Part shown: positions 19,901-28,300 of the stretch, piece by piece | Numbering within the stretch: the stretch's first letter is position 1 | Layout of the letters: every line of letters starts with the position of its first letter | Assembly: GCA_016192455.1 (NCBI GenBank) | Contig: JACPUC010000007.1 | Location: forward strand, 194,720-258,719 | DNA: 64,000 bases | Source: Candidatus Tectimicrobiota bacterium | GTDB lineage: Bacteria; JACPUC01 | Direction of reading: 5' to 3' | The notes under the pieces: model-generated | The model's input: the letters and a program-made list of their open reading frames with translations, nothing else | What the model was told of the DNA's origin: nothing | The model's database searches: none | Translations under genes and position numbers: made by a program

Positions 19901-19936
19901 GGAGCGTCGTTCAACGGTCATCAGTTTGCTGATGAT
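16928..19936 (-). CDS. fliD: Flagellar filament cap FliD, enlarged (~1000 aa); 5' end apparently missing
   Basis: IISKLMTVERR N-terminal coil, GRDA.I.LDGLEMTRSSNSISDV..GVTLNL, FVDAYN, LFGDSTL, C-terminal coil. Codons above 19936 are not FliD-like; first in-frame ATG is 19921. Confidence 0.9.
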   Translation of the reverse strand: MISKLMTVERRSVDVMGRRKLSYEGKIVAFQEFNTKLLSFETAAQTLQKTDTFNVFTSSLASSNAAVDAENVLSVTTSSSASPGTMAVEVKNLAEAQKVSSSSFSDTTTSLNSLTTFNGGYILVNGREVFLEATDSLTDVRDKINAVNSGSSPSNVTASILSVSSTDKRLILTSEATGADGMSLLEAANDSVLQELGIHAATTSIKNSFTGGADSDTLSSSVTAVGTLLDLSDSQAGTVTINGVGIAINLGTDSLTAIATTINNSALGAGTASVESVTEDGSTRYYLRINETSYTDVNNILETLGVLDGDFATVTTQVLTGSQSNKLAADPSQNVVATTKFNQIFNANVTANDTILISGTDHNGNQVSGSYTITNPSANTIQNLLDAIRTTFNSTVTASVSSGKIVLTDSTAGDSQLALTLTANNQGGGALNFGTFAVTTTGSDRELVAGRDATIVLDGLEMTRSSNSISDVAAGVTLNLKAAASGTTINVSIGHDSDAMIEDIEAFVDAYNDVFSFINEQNTFDEETQQGGALFGDSTLLGVRRTLTTIIGRTVSGVAGDYNSLSRVGITSDRDGILSINSSTLRSVIESNFNDVLKLFTAQGTTTDANIDFVSNTKQTKSGTYAINITQLAAKAAVTGTVNLLTNPISAGGETVTITDFASGGAATVTLSAGDTIDTIVSAINGELSVEQTETEVGSVRNTTDGSTAITNSTTFAGINGAGITPATSGTITFEGTDRLGGEVSGSYSYSNSSTDTVQLLLTAIETAYGNTVHAFLDNGYLVLQDARSGNSQMSLSFTSLPGSLDFGTLSTANSSTNFTGEEGRYAIEITATKNGSNQLVLTHDLYGSANGFSVSSGANKTGTNTATLQGTDVAGTINGEAATGKGQMLTGDAGTSTSIAGLALLVKGSTTGSRGTVTLTLGVGEQMASALDYITLTNTGTVPSRILSLETTTDDIAEQIENMEARLTKRRQLLLNRFVALEVTIAKLNAQSSFLSQRLLG

Positions 19937-20309
19937 CCGGCCAGGCCGGCGCGGCCCTGCCGGCCCGCGCCACGCGGATTCGTTCCCGACGCCCTCCTGG
20001 AGCGTGGCCGCGGCCTTTCGGCCGCCAGGACGAGCAGCGCGGCGCGCCCCGCAACGCCCCCTCGCCGCGCCGGCAAGGACGCCTCCTTGTCGCCTGGCGT
20101 GGCCAACTTTGCCCTGTCGGGCAGGATTTTCCCCGTCATGCCTCAGGCAGTCGAAGCGAGCGCCGGGCGCGCGGCGGCGCCTGGCACAAGCTCTGCCGGC
20201 GCGCCAGGGCTGCCAGCTTCGCCGCTTTGCGAGCGGCCGCGGAGGCGTCATGCCTCCCTCCCGTCGATCGCTCTAAGGCGACGATGGCCCGGCGTGCGAG
20301 CCCAGTTCA

Positions 20310-20339
20310 AACGGGGGAACTGTCGCCAGCTCCCCCGTT
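20310..20339 (-). terminator. Probable terminator/stabilising hairpin after fliC
   Basis: Minus strand AACGGGGGAGCTG-GCGA-CAGTTCCCCCGTT, 13-bp stem, ~50 bp after the fliC stop; only a short T run follows. Confidence 0.6.
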
Positions 20340-20387
20340 CGGAAGGGTTCCCCTGTGAGTTGGGTGTCGGTCCGTCGGCTTCCCGCG

Positions 20388-21533
20388 CTACCGCAGCAGC
20401 GGCAGCACCGACTGCGCCGACAGGTTGGCTTGAGACAAGATCGACACACCCGCCTGCACGAGGATTTGCGCCCGGGTGAAGTTGGTCGTCTCCTCCGCGA
20501 TGTCCGCATCTCGAATGACGGACTCGGCGGCCGCCGTGTTCTCGATTGCCGAGGCCACGTTGCCGGATGCGAACCCGACGCGGTTCTGGAAGGACCCGAG
20601 GTCTCCCAGGGCCGTGTTCAGGTCGCTGATCGCGGTGTCGATGGTGTCGATGTACGTGTTGGCGTTGCTCTGGGAGGTGACATTGCCGGTGATGCCCAGA
20701 CCGCTGACGCGCAGATCCAGATTCGTGCCCGAGAGCGTGATGCGGTTGTTGGCGCCGCTGTTCGCACCCACCTGGAAGAGGGAGCTGCCGGTCGCCGTCA
20801 TGCCGAAGTCCTTGTTCGCGGCGGTGGCCGCGGCAACCGCGTCGCCGTTCGTGTACGCCGCACTCAGTTTGACCTTGATGCCAAGGTCGGAGAAGTTCAG
20901 GGTCCGGAACTCGCCGATGCCCAGACCGCTGACGGCCGAGAAGGTGACCACCTGGGTGGAGCTCGCGCCTTGCAGACTCAAGCTGGTGGTGGTGGCGCCG
21001 GTCACCGTGAAGATCGCCGCAGCGCTCGCGCCACTGGCCTGGATATCAGCGACACCGTTCGTGGCGCTCAGCGCCGAGCCGAGGGTGGTCGCGTTGACGC
21101 TGATGCCAAGGCTGCCGTTCACCAGCACGGTGCCGTTAAACTCCGTGCTGTTCGCAATACGGTCGACTTCGCTCTCCAGGGCGCTGCGCTCATTGTCGAG
21201 TGCGGTGCGCGCCGCGGCGTCGTTCTGGTCCGAGGCCGACTGCACGGCGAGCTCGCGGAGTCGATTCAGGATGTTGCCGATCTCGGTGGCGGCCCCTTCC
21301 GCCGTCTGGCCAAGGGCGGAAGCCTGTGAAGCGTTCCGGGAGGCGACCCGCAAGCCTGAGACCTGGGCGCGCAGGTTGTTGGCGATGGACAGGCCCGCGG
21401 TGTCGTCACTCGCCTGGTTGATGCGGAACCCTGACGACAGCCGGCTGAGGGAGCGACCGAAAGCGCCTTGCGATTTCGCAAGGTTCCGCGCCGCGTTCAT
21501 GGCTCCAACGTTGGTGTTAATTCTCAAGCCCAT
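20388..21533 (-). CDS. fliC: Flagellin (381 aa)
   Basis: MGLRINTNVGAMNAARNL..RLSSGFRINQASDD..; FQVGAN; AAESVIRDADIAEETTNFTRAQIL; AAGGAGG RBS. Confidence 0.98.
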   Translation of the reverse strand: MGLRINTNVGAMNAARNLAKSQGAFGRSLSRLSSGFRINQASDDTAGLSIANNLRAQVSGLRVASRNASQASALGQTAEGAATEIGNILNRLRELAVQSASDQNDAAARTALDNERSALESEVDRIANSTEFNGTVLVNGSLGISVNATTLGSALSATNGVADIQASGASAAAIFTVTGATTTSLSLQGASSTQVVTFSAVSGLGIGEFRTLNFSDLGIKVKLSAAYTNGDAVAAATAANKDFGMTATGSSLFQVGANSGANNRITLSGTNLDLRVSGLGITGNVTSQSNANTYIDTIDTAISDLNTALGDLGSFQNRVGFASGNVASAIENTAAAESVIRDADIAEETTNFTRAQILVQAGVSILSQANLSAQSVLPLLR

Positions 21534-21760
21534 GTCTCATTCCTCCTTGAAGAGCTTTGCGCGAGGTGCCTAGCAACGCCACCCCGCATGTCACGGCGCC
21601 CCGGCCTCCGTGCCGAGGGCGTGGTGAACGGCCCATTTCCGTGGCGCATCCACCTGCCTCCCACCGCTTGGCGGGAACTCTGGCCCGACCAGCCTCCGAC
21701 CAAGAACCATCACCTCCCTGCGTGGTCACTGCTTTGCATCCCATGGACACATCGTTGACG
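21534..21760 (-). promoter_or_regulatory. fliC 5' leader with multiple candidate CsrA (GGA) sites
   Basis: Nine GGA motifs on the minus strand, including hairpin CCTCGGC-ACGGAG-GCCGGGG and two in the SD; csrA and fliW lie in the same cluster. Confidence 0.6.
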
Positions 21761-21795
21761 CCTGGCAGGCGCCTTCTTGTACCCGGTTATTCCCT

Positions 21796-21822
21796 CTATC
21801 GGCTTGCAAGAGGAGAACTTAA
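21796..21822 (-). promoter_or_regulatory. Sigma28 (FliA) promoter of fliC
   Basis: Minus strand TTAAGTTC-N11-GCCGATAG versus consensus TAAAGTTT-N11-GCCGATAA. Confidence 0.85.
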
Positions 21823-22195
21823 GGAAAAAAGAGGAAAATTTGGGCCCTGGAGCAGCGAAGTCGGCAAGGTTGCGGACGCCGCGAGGTGAAGTGAAGCGCG
21901 AGGAAGGGGAGGAAGACGCGAGGGATGGTGCGGGAAAGTCGCGCGGCTTCTTGCGGCCCCTCACCGCGGGGGACCCGGAGGATAAGGCTGCGAAGCGCGG
22001 CCGTGGGGACCGCGCTGCTCCTGGAGCGCCCTGACGGGCTCACCCCCGCCGGCGCGGCGGGGCTGCCAAGATTACGGGAAGTGGTACAGGAGTCGAGAGG
22101 AACCGCCAGGTCTCACCCTGGACGAGGCGATCCGCCGCGCGCCTCGGCGGGAGGCACGGCGCCAACCGTCCGCCGCTCGCGCCGAGATGTGCGGC

Positions 22196-25183
22196 TCACG
22201 GGTGGCTGGCGCGACGGGTGCCGGCCTCCTCCATTTCGTAGCAGAGGGCGGCGGCATCCGGCACGCCGAGCGCGGCATAGGTCTTGCCGAGAAGTTCGAA
22301 GGAGCCCATATCGCCGCCGCACCCCTGCCGCAGCGCTGCTTCCAGGTGCTGTCGGGCGGCGTGGTACTCGCGGCGAAGAAAACAGAGGCGCCCCAGCTCG
22401 CGATGCGCCCCCGCATGCGCCGGGGCGATGAGCAGGGCGGTCTCCGAGGCGGCCTTCGCGGCGGCGAGGTCGTGGCGCGCGCCAAGCCGCCGCGCCAGCG
22501 TGAGGTAGAGCTCGGCAAGCTCCTCCAGGGTGGTGAGGGGCGCGCGCGTTCCCACTTCGAGCCGCGCGCAAAGCTGCTCAAGCTGCGTCAAGCAGGCGTC
22601 CAGCTCGCCACCCTGCAGGCAGAGGCCGCTGAGCCGCAGGCGCGCCTCCAGGCACTCCGGGAACAGCGCTACGAGGTGCTCGAAGGCCTGTCGCGCCGCC
22701 TCGGGCTGTTCCTGCATGAGGTGGAGGTAGGCGAGGTTGAGGTGCGCCTCCATGAAGGTGGGATCGAGCGCCAGCGCCGCCCGGTAGTAACGCTCCGCCT
22801 CCGCCACCTCCCCGTGACGCACCGCCACTAACCCCAAGTTGAAGGAGAGGGGCGCACTTTCGTAGCCGGCGGCTTGCGCCGCGCGCAAGAAGGTGGAAGC
22901 CGCGTCGATCTCATTCGCCCGCATCGCCAGGGTTCCCCGGATGAACGTGGCGAGGCCCGGCGCGCGCGGATCGCGGGCCAGACGCTCCACCAGCTCCTCG
23001 ACCGCAGCTTCCTGTCCCGCCTGCAGGAGGCACTCGACGTACCAGAGGTGGAGCTCGGCATCGCAGGAGTTGAGAGTCGCGGCGGCGGCGTAGTGGCTGA
23101 TCGCTGTCGCATACTCCTGCGCGCGCTGCAGGCAGCGCCCGTACGCCGCATGGTAGCGGAAGCTCACCTCGGCGACATCGACGGGGATGAGCGAGACGCT
23201 GAAGTCAACCCGCGCCAGGCGCTCCAGGCACTGGCGCGCAGTGGCCAGCTCGCCGCGGCGAAATGCCAGGAGGCCCGCCTGGTACTCCACCAGCCAAAAG
23301 GCCGGGTCGATCCGGCGCACCTGGTCAAATTCACGCCGCGCCTCCTCCATGCGGCCCGCCTGTCCATACGCGGTGCCCAGCCAGACCCGCGCGTGCAGCG
23401 CCCACGCCATCTCCTCCTGCTCCTCCGGCAGCGCCGCCAGGAGGTCCTCGAAGAGCCGCATGCAGGCCTCGCTGCGCCCCCACTTCAGCTCGTTCATCCC
23501 CAGCATGTAGCGCGTGTAGTGGTCGTCGGGCGCCGCCTCGAGCCGCGCCCTGAGGAGCGCCTCGTTACGCGCCAGCTTGCGCTCCCCCGCACCCTTGTCC
23601 GCGTAGCCCAGGTGCTCAATCGTGGCCTCGATCGAGGCGGTGGGGATGCCCAGCCTCTGCAGCGACGGCAGAAGCTGCTCGTGGATGATTCCCGAAAAGG
23701 CGACGCCTGCAACATTCGGTACGATGCGGAGCTGGTAGGAGACGGTGCTGCGGTCATCGGCTTGGCGATTCCGCAGCTTCACGAAATAGGCGACGCGCTC
23801 GCCCGGCACGAGCTCGCGGCGAAGACGCGCCGCATCATCCGGGCTGATGCGATCATCGGCATCCACCCAGATGATGAAGTCCCCGGCTGCATACCGCAGG
23901 GACGCATTCCGCGCCGCCGCGAAATCATCGCACCAGGCGAAGCGCTCGACTCGCGCCCCCTCCCGCGCCGCCAGCTCGGCGGTGTCGTCCCGCGAGCCGG
24001 TATCGACGACGATCATCTCGTCGGCCAAGGCAGCGAACGACCGCAGGCAGGGCACGATATGCCGGGCCTCATCGCGCACGATCATGCAGAGGGAGAGCCG
24101 CGCGGGACGCGCGCGACGCTCCTCCATGCGGCGGAGATTGCGCCGCGCCTGAGCATTCGCCGGATCGAGCTGCAGCGCGCGGCAGGTCATCTCCTTGGCT
24201 TCGGCCACCTGGCCGAGGCGCTCGAGCGCCACGCCCAGGTTCAGGAATGTGTCGCTCTCATCGCCGCGCAGGGCGATGGCACGCCGCAGCAGGGTCGCCG
24301 CGGCCTCGAACTCCCCCGCCCCCATGCGCAGCGCGGCGAGGAGGGTGTGCGCATCGGTGAACGCCGCGCTCGGCGCCCGTCGCCCCGCGGCAAGCTCTTC
24401 GTCCTGGAGGTCGATGGCGCGCTCGCAGGCGGCCGCGGCCGCGGCGAACTCCTGGAGTTCGTAGTGGTGCAGCGCCGCCTCGAGGAAGGCGTGCGGATCA
24501 CGCGGGGCGTTGCGAATCTTCTCCTGGCTCGCCGCCAGGTAGCGCGCCGCCTTGGCGCGCCGGCGCCGCGGGTTGAGCGCTCCTCCGTGGTGCACCGGCA
24601 CGGGCGCCTCGGCCAGGCGCGCCCCCAGGGCCGCGAGGGACACCTCCACCGTTTCGTGCACCTGGCCAGCGAAGCGGACGCGCCGGTCGTTGCGGAACAG
24701 GCGCACCTTGACGCTGGGGAACCACCCCCGGTAGCCCTGCTCGTGCTGCGGGTACTCCCCCACGCAGTCGTGCCACTCCGCCACCTCCGCCGCCCGCGCC
24801 TCGACGCAGTAGTTGCGCGTCACCACCCGGTAGGCGTCAAGTCCGGGCTGCTCGAGGAGCGCTCGCAGCACACCGTGGTCCCGCGGCGCAATTGTTTCAT
24901 CCGCATCGAGGCTGAGGACCCAGTCGCTCGTCATGTGCGCCAGGGCGGCGTTGCGCGCGGCGCTGAAGTCCTCCTCCCAGGCGACCTCGAAGACCTTCGC
25001 GCCGAACTCCCGCGCGATCTCCCGCGTGGCATCGGTGGAGCCGGTATCAACGATGACGAGCTCATCGGCGAGATCGGCAACGCTCTCCAGGCAGCGCCCC
25101 AGGCACTCGGCCTCGTCCCGCACGATCATACTGATGCCGAGCCTCGGATGTCCCGCCCGCCCCTTCGTCGCTCCACCCTCCAT
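22196..25183 (-). CDS. GT2-TPR-GT2-TPR glycosyltransferase (probable flagellin glycosylation)
   Basis: Two GT2 domains (ISMIVRDE..IVDTGSTD..LDADE; SLCMIVRDE..VDTGSRD..VDADD) with TPR arrays; start ATG 25183 (track GTG 25207). Confidence 0.85.
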   Translation of the reverse strand: MEGGATKGRAGHPRLGISMIVRDEAECLGRCLESVADLADELVIVDTGSTDATREIAREFGAKVFEVAWEEDFSAARNAALAHMTSDWVLSLDADETIAPRDHGVLRALLEQPGLDAYRVVTRNYCVEARAAEVAEWHDCVGEYPQHEQGYRGWFPSVKVRLFRNDRRVRFAGQVHETVEVSLAALGARLAEAPVPVHHGGALNPRRRRAKAARYLAASQEKIRNAPRDPHAFLEAALHHYELQEFAAAAAACERAIDLQDEELAAGRRAPSAAFTDAHTLLAALRMGAGEFEAAATLLRRAIALRGDESDTFLNLGVALERLGQVAEAKEMTCRALQLDPANAQARRNLRRMEERRARPARLSLCMIVRDEARHIVPCLRSFAALADEMIVVDTGSRDDTAELAAREGARVERFAWCDDFAAARNASLRYAAGDFIIWVDADDRISPDDAARLRRELVPGERVAYFVKLRNRQADDRSTVSYQLRIVPNVAGVAFSGIIHEQLLPSLQRLGIPTASIEATIEHLGYADKGAGERKLARNEALLRARLEAAPDDHYTRYMLGMNELKWGRSEACMRLFEDLLAALPEEQEEMAWALHARVWLGTAYGQAGRMEEARREFDQVRRIDPAFWLVEYQAGLLAFRRGELATARQCLERLARVDFSVSLIPVDVAEVSFRYHAAYGRCLQRAQEYATAISHYAAAATLNSCDAELHLWYVECLLQAGQEAAVEELVERLARDPRAPGLATFIRGTLAMRANEIDAASTFLRAAQAAGYESAPLSFNLGLVAVRHGEVAEAERYYRAALALDPTFMEAHLNLAYLHLMQEQPEAARQAFEHLVALFPECLEARLRLSGLCLQGGELDACLTQLEQLCARLEVGTRAPLTTLEELAELYLTLARRLGARHDLAAAKAASETALLIAPAHAGAHRELGRLCFLRREYHAARQHLEAALRQGCGGDMGSFELLGKTYAALGVPDAAALCYEMEEAGTRRASHP

Positions 25184-25327
25184 GGTTGCTCCCTTCCCCG
25201 GGTTCACTTGCGCACCCCTGCACCTGCTGGGGCAACGCCAGCGCCTGCGTTCGCTTTCGTGGATGGACTACTCCGACCCGCCGCCGGCGGGAATGATGTC
25301 CGACGCGCTCCCAGGCGGCCTCTCCGT

Positions 25328-28300
25328 TCACGGCTTCCCCGTCCCGGCGGCGCACCCCGCCGTGGGAGGGGCCTTGCTTTGTTCGAGGCTGCGCAGGCCG
25401 GCGAGGGCATCGCGATGCAGCGGATTGCTCATGAGGACCTCCTCCCAGTGCTGGCGGGCTTCCTCTCTCGAGCCGCGCGCCAGACAAAGCTGCGCTAACG
25501 CGGCATGGTGCGTCTCCTCGCCCTTCCCGGCGGCAAACACCTCACGCAGCTTCACCGTGAGATCCTTGCGCCGCGCCGCCGTGCCGGCCGAACGAAGGAG
25601 CATGGCAACCACCTCGGCATCCTGGGGATTAATGGACCAGGCGCAGCACAGGGCCTCCCAGGCTTCTTCGCCGTGCCCCAGCCGGTGCAGGGCAAGGGCA
25701 AGATCACGCCAGGCGTCGCTGCACCCCCGCTGACGCGCCAGGGCCTGGCGAAACAGACGCGCCGCCGCCGGCATGTCACCGCGCGCGTGCAGCACCTTCC
25801 CGAAGAGGTGCCACGCCTGCCAGGCGGACGCATCGGCGCGCACGGCTTGCTCGCAGAGTTCCTGCGCCGCCTCGACGTCCCCTCCTTCCAGGAGGAGCGA
25901 GGCGAGTTCCCGACAGGCGGCGCTGCGCTGGGCGGGCTGCACTCCTTCCGACACCTGTGGGAGCTTCACCGCCGACGCGATCATGGACGCCCCGTACGCA
26001 GCGCCCTCCGGGGCGCGGAGGTGCCAATGCTCAGCCAGCCCCGGAGGGAGAGCCGCAACCAGCGCGGTGGCAAGCTCGCGGTCGCTGCCTGCCACCGCCG
26101 CCTTGATATTGCGCGCCACGGCAGCCGCGCAGCGATCCCTGACCACCTGGCGATCCAGCACCGCAAGCTTGCGTTCCCATGCCGCGGCGATGTCGCGCCA
26201 CTGATACCGGCAGCGGCTCCGCTGCCAGCCGCACTCGCTGAGACGCGCCCAGGCGGCGTCATCCTCGATGAGCTCGAGCGTGGCGGCGAGGAAGGCGTCG
26301 CGGAAGGCATCACTCGCCGGCTCGCCGGGAATGAGGCGGCCGGCCTCCCCCACGGTCTCCGGCAGGGCCCCGCGGGTCGAGGTGACGACCGGCGTACCCG
26401 CGGCCTGCGCCTCCAAGACGGCGTTGCAGAAGGTCTCGGGCCACGTGCAGGGGTAAACGAGGAGACGTGCCGAGGCGAGTTCGCGGTAGAGCTCGACCTT
26501 GCGCACCGTGCCCTGCACGATGATGCCAGGCTGCGCCAAGCCGGCAGCCAGCGCCTGCACTTCGGCATCCTCGGCAAGCGAGGCCGCCGTGGTGTAGGTA
26601 AAGACGTGCAGCTCCAGCTTCGGACAAGCCTTCCGCAGCAGCGGCCACCAGGCCAGCAGCAGCGCCAGGCCGCGCGAGGGGCGACTGGTGTAGAGGAGCT
26701 TATAGCGTTGACGCGGCGGGCGCTCCTCGAACTCCTGCGGCCGGATACCATTCTTCGTCACCCAAATCTGCTCCGGCGGGATGCTGAAGTGTTCCGCCCA
26801 GCTCGCCGCGTGGTCGGCGCTCTTGGTGACGAAGTAGTCGATGCCGAGATCATGCAAATCCTCGTTGCAGAGGAACTCCGACCGCACGTCATCGCAGTTG
26901 AAGAGGAGCGCGAGCCGCGCCCGCACTCCCCACTTGAAGGGTTCGAGCCGGCGCACCGCGATGAGGCTGGGCCATTCGGCGAAGTAGCTCGTGAGGTAGA
27001 AATCGGTCACGTTGCGATAGGTCACGCCGTCAATGGTGCGACCGCCGGCGGCGTGCGTGTACACCGCGACGCGCCGCCCGCGTGCCGCAAGCTCCCGCGC
27101 CAGGTGGATGAGCGAGCTCTCGGCGCCGCCGAGGCCGCGCTGCTCCAACGAGGCGCCGTCGAAAACACCGTGCGTGTAGAACACGATCTCCTCGTCGACA
27201 CGTCCCGGGTCGCGGCCGAGCTGACGCATGAGGCGGCCATAGTCCTCGTAGGCGGTCCAGTAGATGAGGTCAAGGCCGACGGCGGCGCGGTACGCCGTTA
27301 GCGCCTCTTCCCAGCGGCCGGCGGCTTCGAGCGCGTGGCCGAGCTGACGGCGCAGCGGGGCGGAGGCCGGCTCTTCCTCGATGGCGCGCACCGCCGCCTC
27401 GACGTCGCGCTGCCGGCGGAGGAGCGTCCCTTCCCCGCCGGCATCGCCGCCGCGCAGGCGCAGTCGCGCCACAAGCTCGGCCGCCTCGCCATGCCGCTCA
27501 TCCCAGCGCAGCGCCAGCTCGCACGCCTGCAACGCCGCTTCCTCGTCGCCAAGCCGCTGCAGGCAGAGCGCCCGGAGATAGGCAAGCTCCGCATTCCCCT
27601 CGTGGTGGCGCAGCGCCTGCCGCAGGAGGAGCGCCACCGCCTGGTAGGCTTCCAGGGTAATGCCGAGCTCGACGAGCATCTGCAGAATATCAAGCCGCTC
27701 AGGATGCGCCGCGGCCGTCGCCATGAGCTTGCGCCAGGCGCTCAGCCAGTCGCCTTGACGCTGGGCGCAAACGGCCAGGTTGAGCGACGCTTCCACGAGG
27801 TCCGGCTGTTGCGCCAGCGCCTTGCGGAAACAATGCTCGGCATCGCCCGTCCTCCCCTCCTCCAGGAGGAGCCGCCCCAGCAGGGTGTGCGCGGGCGCGT
27901 GCGTCGTCGCCAAGCGCAGCGCTTCGTGAAGGCGCACCAGCGCGGCGTCACGCTCACCGTGCTCGACGTGCTGGAGCGCCTGCTCGTAGGCGCGCTGCGC
28001 GGCGTTCTCGGGAGGAGCCGAGCTGGCCGGCTGGTGGGGCGCCGCCGCTGTTTCCCCCCGCCCCGAAGCCCGCGGCCGGGCGTTGCTCAGGAGCTGCTGG
28101 AGGGTGGCATCCCACTCCGTGGCGATGCGGCGCCAGTCGTGCCAGGTGAGCACTTTGCGTCGGCCCGCGGAGCCGAAGCGCTGCCGCCGCGACGGCTGCC
28201 TAAGGAGGGAGACGGCGTGCTCCACGAAGGCATCCTGGTAGGCGGCGCTGCGCGCATCCCCGTGGATGAAGATGCCCCCCTCTCCCACAGTCTCGGGCAG

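Noticed and set aside
20060-20130. ACAGGGCAAA on the minus strand and a nearby GAAA-tetraloop hairpin, suggesting a c-di-GMP-I riboswitch
   Set aside because: The GNRA stem and GACGCAAA elements are not in the required order or spacing.
20182-20197. Plus-strand TGGCACAAGCTCTGCC sigma54-like site pointing antisense into fliC
   Set aside because: Weak -12 box, no downstream gene, plausible by chance.
19937-20251. N-terminal 105 codons of the track FliD ORF
   Set aside because: Low-complexity Arg/Gly/Ala, not FliD-like; open by chance.
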